A stretch of 64,000 nt of DNA, from positions 32,001 through 96,000 of the IMG/VR virus record IMGVR_UViG_3300037089_000505, one strand, 5' to 3'. This stretch comes from a virus. Position 1 is the first letter of the stretch. Each line of letters opens with the position of its first letter. This document shows positions 52,916 through 62,826 of this stretch, in pieces. The notes under the pieces are model-generated. The model was given only the letters and a program-made list of their open reading frames with translations, made no database searches and was not told the origin of the DNA. The translations under genes and the position numbers were made by a program.

Positions 52916-53773
52916 ATGTTTGCTCTCAAAGTAAATGACAGAAACTCCAAGGAGTCACAAGCTCTCGCCTATTACAACATGATGGATGGGGTGGGACTCC
53001 AATATTTTCGTAAAGCTGAAGAAGTCCCACCTGATGCTGTTCCTGCTGGTTCGGTAGAGTGGTTTCTTGAAGTCACAAGATGGAAAGTTATACCTGATTA
53101 TTATCCAGAATTTCTCAGACCATATCTCGGCCGTAAAATATGGTGGACAGACCAATGGCCGATGCATGGTGGGATCTTCGTCAAGCCAGCTGACAAGTAT
53201 AAACGCTTCACAGGCAAAATAACTACTGGTGGATATCATGGCAAGAAGAAGGGCCCATACTGGTGCTCTGAGGTTGTAAGCTTCACCAATGAGTGGCGCT
53301 TCTATGTAGCGAATGGAAAGGTTCTATATATTGGTTGGTATTGTGGTCTTAACGACGATGCAATGCCACCCGATCTTAAAGTCGATTGGCCCCAAGACTA
53401 TTGTGGTGCTGTAGATTTTGGGACCACACCTGAAGGCAAGCTACTTCTCATTGAAGCTAATGAACCATTTTCCTGCGGATGGTATGGTCACATTTCAGAG
53501 GGCCGCATTTATGGGAAGTGGTTAGAAATAGGCTACGAGTATATGAAGGAGAAAATGAAAAAGGGAACTGACGGCACTGCTGGTGCTTGGGCTTTAGAAA
53601 AAGGTGAAGACGGAAGAGTCTATATTAGCGCAGACGATCTTGGATTTTGGATCGAAGAAGCATTAAACTACACAGATGGTGCCGGAGCAAGTCTATCAGA
53701 CGATGCTAAATCCAAATTACTCAAACATCTTTATGAGCGGATCAAAGAGATAGCAGAGAAGGCTGTTCTGTGA
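52916..53773 (+). CDS. ATP-grasp domain protein (R2K-like)
   Basis: DYYP..L..YLGR, FVKP...KRFTG, SEVV.F..EWR.YV, DFG, LIE.N. Confidence 0.75.
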   Translation: MFALKVNDRNSKESQALAYYNMMDGVGLQYFRKAEEVPPDAVPAGSVEWFLEVTRWKVIPDYYPEFLRPYLGRKIWWTDQWPMHGGIFVKPADKYKRFTGKITTGGYHGKKKGPYWCSEVVSFTNEWRFYVANGKVLYIGWYCGLNDDAMPPDLKVDWPQDYCGAVDFGTTPEGKLLLIEANEPFSCGWYGHISEGRIYGKWLEIGYEYMKEKMKKGTDGTAGAWALEKGEDGRVYISADDLGFWIEEALNYTDGAGASLSDDAKSKLLKHLYERIKEIAEKAVL

Positions 53774-54102
53774 AAATAAACTCTTACAAAGAACACCTCA
53801 CATATACATTTATAGATAGCCCAGTAGGGCGTTTGCTACTCGCAGGAGACGATCGTGGTTTATGGCAATTAAGTTTCATGAGCACTAAACCAGATATTGG
53901 CGATGCGTGGTCTTTTTCAAAAAATGTTTTTCAGGGCACTCGATCACAACTCAATGCATATTTTGCAGGAGACTTACATCAATTCGAAGAAATTCCTTTA
54001 CATCTTGTAGGCACTGATTTCCAACTTGCTGTTTGGAATATTCTACTTTCTATTCCTTATGGGACGACATGGTCGTACAGCGATGTTGCCCGCGCGCTAT
54101 AG
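53770..54102 (+). pseudogene. ogt: truncated O6-methylguanine-DNA methyltransferase
   Basis: DSPVG.LLL, QL.AYFAG, GTDFQ..VW..L..IPYG.T.SY.DVA, then stop; no PCHR active site in the downstream frames examined. Confidence 0.8.
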
Positions 54103-54213
54103 GCAAAGACATCTATCCGGCCTTCAAGGCTTATCAAAAAGACGGAACTACATTTCTCTATGATCACAAGTGGCAAAATCCAACAATCTATCAGGAACGA
54201 CTCCCAGGGAGAA

Positions 54214-54234
54214 GTTTCGAAGGTATGGTAATAT
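54214..54234 (+). promoter_or_regulatory. TCGA-N8-TAnnnT promoter (leaderless geometry)
   Basis: gttTCGA aggtatgg TAATAT, 5 nt to ATG 54240. Confidence 0.7.
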
Positions 54235-54239
54235 AAACT

Positions 54240-55580
54240 ATGGACGAACTTAAACAACTGAACAAACTGGTCACCGAACTCAACACCACGAACTCCACCA
54301 CAGACAAAACTGAGATCCTGGCCAAGTATCCGGAATGCAAAAAACTCCTGAGCTGGACCTATGATCCCTTCATCCAGTTCTACGTCAGCTCGGACAACAT
54401 TCTCAAGATGGAAAGCCAGATCAAACCCAACGGAGTTCATACCGACATCTTCGGCCTCATGGCTGAACTCAACTCCAGAAAGTATACTGGCCACGATGCC
54501 ATCGCCTACATCCTTCAGTTCATTTCCGAAAACAAGATTTACCGGGATCTCATCCTCCGCATACTCGATCGGAACCTCAAGACTCGGGCCGATGCCAAAC
54601 TCATCAACAAAGTTTGGCCGGGAACAGTCCCTTCTTTCGAAGTGGCTCTGGCCCACAAATACAACGACTTCAAACAGAAGGTGGATTTCACCAAAGACAC
54701 TTGGTTCGCTTCCAGAAAACTGGACGGAGTCCGGGTCATCACGGTCATCTCCTCAAACGGCGATATCAAATTTCTTTCCCGCAAAGGAAAAGAATTCACC
54801 ACTCTGGACAATGTCCGCAAAGAGCTCCAGAAGAAACTCGAACCATATCGCAATGACTTCGATTTCTTCAAGGGCGGCTTGGTTCTCGACGGAGAAATGT
54901 GCATCGTCAACCAGAACGGCGATGAAAACTTCACGGACATGATCAAGCTCATCCGCCGGAAGGACTACACGGTCGAACATCCCAAGTATAAGATCTTCGA
55001 TATGATGCCTTTGGTAATCTTCGAAGAGAAAGAACCACCCAAAGGAATTCGCAATATCAGGCTGACTCATCGAATCAATCTCATCAACCTCTTCAAAGAT
55101 CAGGGCATCTTCAATGGGGGCATCTTGGACCCGGTGGAGCAGAGGAAGATCGGAACCGAGAAAGACCTCACTGACTTCATGGCTGAAGCCAATTCCAAGA
55201 ATTGGGAAGGACTCATCCTCCGGAAGGATGTCCCCTACAAGGCCGGCCGCTCTTCGGATATGCTCAAGGTCAAGGAAATGCAGGACGATGAATTCGTGGT
55301 CCAGGACGTGGAGATGGGGCCCATCCGGATCATCAAGGGCGGCAAGGAAGTCACCGAGACAATGCTCTCCGCCATCAAGATCCCTTACAAAGGTAACGTG
55401 GTCTCGGTCGGATCTGGCTTCTCCATCCAGCAGAGACAGGAATTCTACAAGGATCCTTCTAAGATCCTGGGCAAAACGGTCACCATCAAATACTTCGAGG
55501 AAACTATCAATGAGCAGGGGCTCTACTCCCTCCGGTTTCCGGTCCTCAAGACCATCTACGATGGAGACCGGGATGTTTAA
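54240..55580 (+). CDS. ATP-dependent DNA ligase
   Basis: motif I KLDGVR, SRKGK, LDGE, IFD, WEGLILR, R...MLKVK, VGSGFS, SLRFP. Confidence 0.95.
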   Translation: MDELKQLNKLVTELNTTNSTTDKTEILAKYPECKKLLSWTYDPFIQFYVSSDNILKMESQIKPNGVHTDIFGLMAELNSRKYTGHDAIAYILQFISENKIYRDLILRILDRNLKTRADAKLINKVWPGTVPSFEVALAHKYNDFKQKVDFTKDTWFASRKLDGVRVITVISSNGDIKFLSRKGKEFTTLDNVRKELQKKLEPYRNDFDFFKGGLVLDGEMCIVNQNGDENFTDMIKLIRRKDYTVEHPKYKIFDMMPLVIFEEKEPPKGIRNIRLTHRINLINLFKDQGIFNGGILDPVEQRKIGTEKDLTDFMAEANSKNWEGLILRKDVPYKAGRSSDMLKVKEMQDDEFVVQDVEMGPIRIIKGGKEVTETMLSAIKIPYKGNVVSVGSGFSIQQRQEFYKDPSKILGKTVTIKYFEETINEQGLYSLRFPVLKTIYDGDRDV

Positions 55581-57999
55581 AGAAACTCTAAAAACAGTCC
55601 TTGCTATTTTTGCCATCGTAATAATGGCGGCGCTTCTCCTCTTTCTTCTTTGGACTGTTTTTCATCCAATCGACCGTTTTGTCGGGACAAAAATACAGGC
55701 AGTAGAAAATGTCTAAGGCAAAGCGATCTGAGCTCATCAAACTGATTGAGCGGGCAGTAATAGTTCAGGGCGTCACAAAGACTTGGCTTGAGGATGCGGT
55801 CCTCGTCTTAAAGAAGGAATCGAAATGAAGATGAGAAATGGAATGGAAATCAAGGATCATATCAGTATCACTATGGACAAGGAAGAATATGAACAGGCAG
55901 CCGGGGTCGAGCTGACTGATCGGCAGTGGCAGTCGGTGGTCCGTAGGATTCGGGATCCCAATCGGTCCGAGCTTTATAGCATCCTGAATCATATCACTGG
56001 CGTCATCAACGAAATGAGGAGGAAGTAATGGGGACTAGAACCAAGATGCTTCGGCTCCAGAGAATGGGGCTGATGGAGGAAAGACGCCAGGATCGGCTCA
56101 GAGCATACTGGCTCGCCGAACGAGACCGCACTGAGAGAGAGCAGGGCTACGCAATGCACAAATTCTATGAAGATCAAGCGCAGAAGCGGCTCGCAGAGGA
56201 AAAGGCAAAGAGGTTGTCTACCCGCATTCGGAAGTGGTGGAATGGGCTCTTCTTCAAAGACGCCTCTATTCCTTGCGGCATCGGAATCGATCACAAAGAG
56301 GATATGCCTCCGGAGGGGAAATGACACTTTCAGACAAGATCTTCAGATTCATAGCCGTCCTCATTGTCGTCGCTCTTTCTTTCGGCGGCGTCTTTTTTAT
56401 CGACGGTCTCCTCACTGGAGATTGGCCGACCAAACACGATCCCAGTATCACCTTCAACCTCATCGGCAGCCAGGTCTACACTTACCATTCGGTAGGTACT
56501 ATTGTTATCAATCCTCATTTTACCGTAGAAGGAAGTGATAAGCCGGGAGTTCCTGCTATTCAATATAGCGACAAATATTGGTCAACCGATAAAGAACATC
56601 CCGAAAATGACAGTACGACTCTTCTCGTTTCTGACTCTGAAAAGGTATTTATTCCTCGGCGTAATTACGTCTTGACTGACTCTAAGGGCAAAAGCTTTTA
56701 TTCAAACGGACCTTTGGTTATCACGCCCAATGACGTCATAAATGGTCGAACAGCTCCGACCATTCGTTTTCAAGAGAAAGGCAAAAATCCGAACTACGCA
56801 GCCGTCTTTATTCTCAGAGGCAAAGCTTTTGTGGAGGTGGCAAAATGATGTTCTTAAAAATTCTTTGGGGCGTTGTAAAGATCGCCCTCATAGCACTACT
56901 CATAGCGCTAGCCGCAGTAGTATTCGTTGCCATCTTTGGCAGCCTATCCTTTGTATGGTTTGCTGTTTTGGCGATCATCTACATCATACTGCTGATCACT
57001 GGCATAATTTTTCTTGTTCGGTGGTTGGCTGAAAAGGGCTGGTTCGATGAGTTTCTTTTTTAAGAAAGGAAGGGACATGAAAGCTTTTTACTCGAATCAC
57101 GAGAGCCGCATTTTGCACATTGCGGGGCTTGTAGCGATTGCTGTTATATTCATCGGTATCTTGGGACTCGTAATATGAAAAGGCGCTACAGGATCTTTCT
57201 CGTAATTGTTATTTTGCTCACCTTGGGCAATATCTTCATGTTGGTCATAAGCAATAATTGGCCAGGAAGAGTTTCCAGTATCATAGGATGCGCCGGCGGA
57301 ACTGTAGCGGCAATAGCTTGTATTCGATTAATGAAGAGCGCAGTTGACTGATTTCTTTTTCAGAGAAAATCAATTAACGCTCCACAAATATTATCGCTTT
57401 CAGATTTCTAGATGGGAAGCTGATTGTAGAAAGTTAGCTGCATTTCGCATATGGAACTATAAGAAGACTGATCTTGCTGGATTTGGGTTTGTCCTTGAGT
57501 TACTTGGTTTGAACATCGTCCTTGAATTTTACGACAACAGGTATTGGGATCGCGAACACGACCGCTGGAAGAGGAATAAACATGAATCCGAATATTAAAC
57601 CAGTCCTTGACGACGCAGCAAAACTGATCGACGCAGACTCTGGCGGAATGAAGCTCATGGAGCTCTTGCCAGCTATTCTCGTGATTCATAGAAACATCGA
57701 TCCTGATGACTTGATCGACGGGCTCAAATGCGATTCTCGTTTCAAGGTCTTTGAATACTATTGGCGGCTTGACGACAATACTTTGCGTCTCAAATATTTC
57801 GTGACCTTGACTTACAAATAGGAGAAACTATGTCAAACTTGTTTTTTCAGCTTTTTTCCTTTTTCCTTTTTCTCTTCATTGTTGCTGTTGTCCTTTACTT
57901 GACGATAATGCTTTCAGCGATCTTTGCCGTAATTGTTCTTTGTGTTCTAGTTGTCATGTGCATTATTTATCCGATCTATCTTTGGTTTAAGAGGTAAAA

Positions 58000-58419
58000 A
58001 TGGAGCAGCATCCAAGAAATCCATACGTAGCAGTAGACGCCATCATCCGGGTGAAAGGTGGCGCTAAAATCATTTGTATCAAGCGCAAGAACCCTCCATA
58101 TGGTTTGGCTCTTCCTGGGGGTTTTGTCAATTACGGCGAAAGCGCCGAAGATGCAATCAAACGAGAAGTGATGGAAGAAGTCGGCGTCCGGTTAGATCTC
58201 CTGGCCCAGTTCCATACTTACTCGGCACCTGACAGGGATCCTCGTCATCACACACTCAGCGTAGTATTCATCGCTTGGTCAGAGGATGAACCGAAAGCGG
58301 GAGACGACGCCGCTGAAGTCCTTCTTGTCAATACGCTTGATATTCCAAAGCTTGAGTTCGCTTTTGATCACGCAAAAATCCTAGAGGACTGGAGAGGACT
58401 CGGACAGTATCGACACTGA
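58000..58419 (+). CDS. Nudix hydrolase (ADP-ribose pyrophosphatase-like)
   Basis: ALPGGFV..GES..DA..REV.EE.G Nudix box, P.RDPR, AGDDA, AFDH. Confidence 0.92.
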   Translation: MEQHPRNPYVAVDAIIRVKGGAKIICIKRKNPPYGLALPGGFVNYGESAEDAIKREVMEEVGVRLDLLAQFHTYSAPDRDPRHHTLSVVFIAWSEDEPKAGDDAAEVLLVNTLDIPKLEFAFDHAKILEDWRGLGQYRH

Positions 58420-58427
58420 TTTATTAT
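58407..58427 (+). promoter_or_regulatory. TCGA-N8-TAnnnT promoter
   Basis: gtaTCGA cactgatt TATTAT, then GGAGG SD and ATG 58447. Confidence 0.65.
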
Positions 58428-58966
58428 AAAGGTAACGGAGGAAGCAATGGTCAAAGATTTTTTCTGGAACCTGTTTTGGAAGCCGGTAAAGTCAAATCTG
58501 ATACTGGCAGCTCTTTTCCTTGTAGAGATTTTCTGGTTTCTTGTCCTGGAATGGGAGCGATGGATCCACATCGCATTTCTCATCGGAACTGGCATTCTTT
58601 CAATCTACCTCAACGATGGCCGTTACTTCGTGGCGGCTGCCGGTGGGGCCACAGTCTACAGTCTCCTTTGGTTCAAGCTGGCCGTCTCGAAACGGTGGTA
58701 AACTAGAGGCGGCAGAGATCTGGGCCGGTGGAAACACCGGCCTTCTTTTTACGAAAGGAAGCAGAGATGGCTACCTTCTTACGTTTCATGGTTTTTATTG
58801 TCATGGGCGCTGGGGGTCTTTTCCTGGGCATCTTTTTAGTATATCTTGCCTGGACGTTTCTACCCTTGATACTTTCTATTTTCGCAACAGTCATAGCATT
58901 TGTGCTTTGGTGCTGGGGAGTAGTTGAAGTCGGGGCATGGGTCATAATTTCGGCATAGGAGAGACA

Positions 58967-59737
58967 ATGACTGATTCACTTGGCGATAGGATGAAAGGCA
59001 ATTACGAAAACCGTTCTCGGTTTTACCTGACTCGAAGAACGCCTGTCATCATTCGTGTAGATGGCCGAGCCTTTCACACTCTGACTCGCAACTGCGAAAA
59101 GCCCTTTGATGAGAGTTTGAGCAAATGCATGATCGAGACTACGATCGGACTCTGTGAAGAGATTCAAGGCGCAAAATGTGCCTACGTCCAAAGCGACGAG
59201 ATCTCAATTCTGATTACCGATTATGATCGTCTTAGCTCTGGCGCCTGGTTCGACTACAACCTCCAGAAGATGGCTTCGGTCTCAGCTTCCATCGCCACTC
59301 TAGCTTTCGGTCTTTCTATAAGAAAAATCGCTGGCGATTGGAACGATTGGAAAAGTCAAGCCAAAGCTACATTCGACTCTCGCGTTTTCAATATTCCGAG
59401 AGAAGAGGTGACCAACTATTTCGTTTGGAGACAGCAAGACTGGACTCGCAACAGCCTTGAAATGCTGGCTCGAGCCCACTATTCACACAAACAGCTGGAC
59501 AAAAAGAATGGTGCAGCAATGCACGAGATGCTCCACGAGAGGGGCGTCAATTGGGCGGATCTCCCTGACAAGTGGAAGAATGGAAGTCTCATTGTCAAAG
59601 AGTCTATTCTCATAGACCTGAATCAGGACATGGTAGCTTCAAACATGCGGTCTGAGTGGAAGCCGAAAGATCCATGTCCCATTTTCAAGAACGACCGAGA
59701 CGCTATCGAGAAGCTTCTCATACCTGAGGAGGTATAA
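58967..59737 (+). CDS. thg1: tRNA(His) guanylyltransferase (Thg1-like)
   Basis: LGDRMK..YE, IRVDGRAFH..T, KPFD, YVQSDEIS, FDSRVF, YF.WRQ.D..RNS. Confidence 0.93.
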   Translation: MTDSLGDRMKGNYENRSRFYLTRRTPVIIRVDGRAFHTLTRNCEKPFDESLSKCMIETTIGLCEEIQGAKCAYVQSDEISILITDYDRLSSGAWFDYNLQKMASVSASIATLAFGLSIRKIAGDWNDWKSQAKATFDSRVFNIPREEVTNYFVWRQQDWTRNSLEMLARAHYSHKQLDKKNGAAMHEMLHERGVNWADLPDKWKNGSLIVKESILIDLNQDMVASNMRSEWKPKDPCPIFKNDRDAIEKLLIPEEV

Positions 59738-61185
59738 CATGTCAAAGAAAGAACTTGAACCGGTCGAGCTCATCGACATCACGATCAAGGCTTTCGCTCA
59801 CGGAGCCCTCATTTTCGAGAAGAGCTACCGCAACATCCAATACACTCTCGACTATGATGATCAGCTCACTGAAATCCAGATCACTGATAGTCTCGGCAAG
59901 ACAAAGACCCAGTCATTTTTCAACGTCGCCGTCATCGTCACAGAAGACTGAAATGACTTTTGATTGGGTTAAAGGCGAGCCGCCGAAAGAATCAAATAAG
60001 AAATGGCTGATTGAAATTCGGCCAGAATTTTTCGGTGGTTCACAGAAGGATTCTGAATACATAGTCATTTCATGGAATCCCATAACACTTTACTATTTGG
60101 ACTGGCTGGGACATGTAGTTGAGCCTTTCTATATCGCAAGACATGTAGAGTTGGAGGTCTAAAATGAAATGGCTTATGTATCGCGATCGCCATAGCTCTG
60201 GCGTCTCGCACTGGATTTATCGGCCACTCTACGTAGATAAGATCACAGACGATCTCAAAAAAGACTGTGAAGAAAGCATGCAGGAAAAGTCCAATGAATG
60301 GAATTGGTCTGATCACTTCCGAGGCATAGAGTGGAAAATCGTTGACACTCGGCATGTCTCAATGAAAGCTATTGCAGCTACTTTGATCGGCATGAAACGA
60401 TCGGTAAACTATCACAAGATTGCTATCAAAGACCTCAACGGTCAAATCCCTCAGATCTTATCTCTACTGGATAACGGCAAGGGTCGCAAAACTGACCCTG
60501 ATGATATCGAGCAGGCACGTCGAGACAAGCAGCGAGCCAAGAGCATGAGGGACTTTCAAAAGCGACAGGCGAAAGGAAAATAACATGGCAATATTCGGAT
60601 GGATCCTTATAGCCCTTATCATTTTCTTTTTAGCCCTTTGGTTACCGAAGAACTTAGCCACTTATTTGGCAAAATCATGGTTTGAAAATAACTACCCAGA
60701 TTGGGCTAATCTTCTCCCGTCCTATAATCGCATGTTCTGGAACCCTCGCCGATGGACAGTAATGTCGTGGTTGAGTTGGCTTCAGAAAAAATTGACCAAA
60801 CAGCTTGCTGAAGTTGAAAAACAAATCAATCTTGCTGAAGTCATAAGCAAAGATCCCGAGTTTGCTTCACGACTTGTCAGCTCGGGTGTGTATGATCAAA
60901 TCCAGCAATGGATCAAGTCTCCTGCAGGTCAAGAATTCAAGAAAGTCGTAGACGAAATCAACAAAAAGGGAAAAAATGACTAAGATCATAAACTGGCTCT
61001 CTAAAAGAATTGATGAAATGAGCCAACAGGGCTATTGGTATTTTGTTCTCATAACTGCCTGGTGCATCGGCTGGATCATTGCCGATATTGCAACCGGTGG
61101 ATGGCCTTGGGCTATTGGACTCGCAATCATCTATATACCCTTCGTGATTGCTTTTTATAGAAAAATTCGCAAGAAGAAATCCTGA

Positions 61186-61206
61186 GCTTCGACAAAACGA
61201 TAGTAT
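61186..61206 (+). promoter_or_regulatory. TCGA-N8-TAnnnT promoter
   Basis: gctTCGA caaaacga TAGTAT; predicted +1 at the AAGGAG SD of pncB. Confidence 0.65.
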
Positions 61207-61224
61207 CAATCAAAGGAGAGCTAA

Positions 61225-62412
61225 ATGCCAATAACGCAGTCTCTGCTTAATACCGACCTTTATAAGCTGTCAATGGCTCAAGCGGCTCTTCATCAATTTC
61301 CTGGAGCAGAGGTTGAATATGCTTTTAAGTGTCGTAATAAAGCGCATTGGACTCCAGAAATTGTAGCTGCTATCAACAAAGAAATAGACGATCTTTGCTC
61401 CCTACGATTTACACAAGAGGAGCTTGAATTTCTTTCCCGTATTCGGTATCTCAAAAGAGACTTCCTTGATTTTTTGAGTCTCACACAATTGAATCGAAAG
61501 CATATCAAAGCATGGCTCGATGAAAATCAAGAACTTCAAATTCGTATTAAAGGTAATTGGTTTTTGACTATCTTATTTGAAGTCCCCGTCCTTGCTATCG
61601 TCAATGAAATCTACAATCAATTCACCTATCCCAACGTTGGCCCATTTGTAGGTGGACGTGGTCGCCTTGAAGAAAAAGCAAAGCTGCTCAAAGCCTATCT
61701 TTCAAATGGAAATCTACTCTACTTTAGTGACTTTGGAACACGGCGACGATACTCCTTCCATTGGCAAAAGGAAGTAGTCAAATTCTTGAAAGACGAATTT
61801 GGGCCGTCTGGAGTTTTCACTGGAACTTCAAACGTTCTTCTGGCAAAGACTTTCGGTCTCCGGCCTATTGGCACCATGGCCCACGAATGGATCCAGTGCG
61901 GTCAGGCAACTGGAGTCAGACTCATTGACTCGCAAAAAAGAATGCTTCAGGCCTGGGTAGACGAATACCGTGGCGACTTGGGCTATGCACTTTCAGATAC
62001 ACTCGGCACTGATGCTTTCGTCAAAGACTTCGACCAGTACTTTGCCAAGCTCTACGACGGAGTGAGACAAGACTCTGGTGATCCAATCGCTTGGGGGCAC
62101 AGGATCATTCAGCACTACAAAAAATTGGGCGTTGACCCCAAGACAAAGTCGCTCATCTTTTCAGATTCATTGGATTTTCCAAAGGCCATCAATATCAATG
62201 AGACTTTCAAGAATCAAGCCAAAGTTTCATTCGGTATCGGCACTTATCTGACCAATGATATTGAAGGAATTGAGCCACTCAACGTAGTAATCAAAGTGGT
62301 CAGGTGCAATGGCCAGCCGGTTGCAAAACTTTCTGACTCACCGGGCAAAGGCATGTGTGAGGATCAGGATCACGTCACATACCTCAAGAAGGTTTTTGGC
62401 ATCAAGGAGTAA
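61225..62412 (+). CDS. pncB: nicotinate phosphoribosyltransferase
   Basis: SLL.TDLYK..M, DFGTRRR.S, GTSNV, GTMAHEW (phospho-His), GVRQDSGDP, FSDSL, FGIGT.LTND, KLSD.PGK. Confidence 0.95.
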   Translation: MPITQSLLNTDLYKLSMAQAALHQFPGAEVEYAFKCRNKAHWTPEIVAAINKEIDDLCSLRFTQEELEFLSRIRYLKRDFLDFLSLTQLNRKHIKAWLDENQELQIRIKGNWFLTILFEVPVLAIVNEIYNQFTYPNVGPFVGGRGRLEEKAKLLKAYLSNGNLLYFSDFGTRRRYSFHWQKEVVKFLKDEFGPSGVFTGTSNVLLAKTFGLRPIGTMAHEWIQCGQATGVRLIDSQKRMLQAWVDEYRGDLGYALSDTLGTDAFVKDFDQYFAKLYDGVRQDSGDPIAWGHRIIQHYKKLGVDPKTKSLIFSDSLDFPKAININETFKNQAKVSFGIGTYLTNDIEGIEPLNVVIKVVRCNGQPVAKLSDSPGKGMCEDQDHVTYLKKVFGIKE

Positions 62413-62415
62413 CAC

Positions 62416-62826
62416 ATGGTTATGCTTATTGGTCTCGGTCTTTTGTTTGCCGGCGGCTTTGTTTGGCTCTCCGTGACAAATGATAGGGCAAGTTTCGGGG
62501 AGATCGGCGTCCTGGTCATAATGGCAATAGCTATTGCCGGCTTTATCACTATGGAAGTCTCGAAAGCAGTAAAGAGCCAGATCGTATCTGAGAAGATAAG
62601 TGTGACCATCCTCGATGACGACAAGGCTATCTTCCATGATAATGGCAAAGATATGGATATCAATACTACGAAGTTTGAAAGTATTGTGTTCACAGGCGAC
62701 AAGCTCTTTGTCCAAAAGACTTCAAGAATGTATCCCAAAAATATTTGGCTTCTCGACATGACTTCGTCCAACTACGTTTTGATAATTCCAGAGGTGGCAA
62801 CAAAATATGCTCCCAAAGGAGAATAG
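62416..62826 (+). CDS. 2-TM membrane protein (paralog family)
   Basis: S..F.GD....QK...W......Y.LIIP, as in 34137-34601. Confidence 0.6.
   Translation: MVMLIGLGLLFAGGFVWLSVTNDRASFGEIGVLVIMAIAIAGFITMEVSKAVKSQIVSEKISVTILDDDKAIFHDNGKDMDINTTKFESIVFTGDKLFVQKTSRMYPKNIWLLDMTSSNYVLIIPEVATKYAPKGE

Noticed and set aside
22305-55616. Long minus-strand ORFs (22305-22943, 25378-26130, 30727-31560, 43152-43985, 54057-54656, 54753-55616)
   Set aside because: They shadow well-supported + strand genes with C-ending codon bias, which removes antisense stops; no recognisable motifs.
61225-62412. Nicotinamide PRTase (NadV/Nampt, NARP2)
   Set aside because: The motifs (TMAHEW, RQDSGDP, FGIGT.LTND) match nicotinate PRTase PncB.
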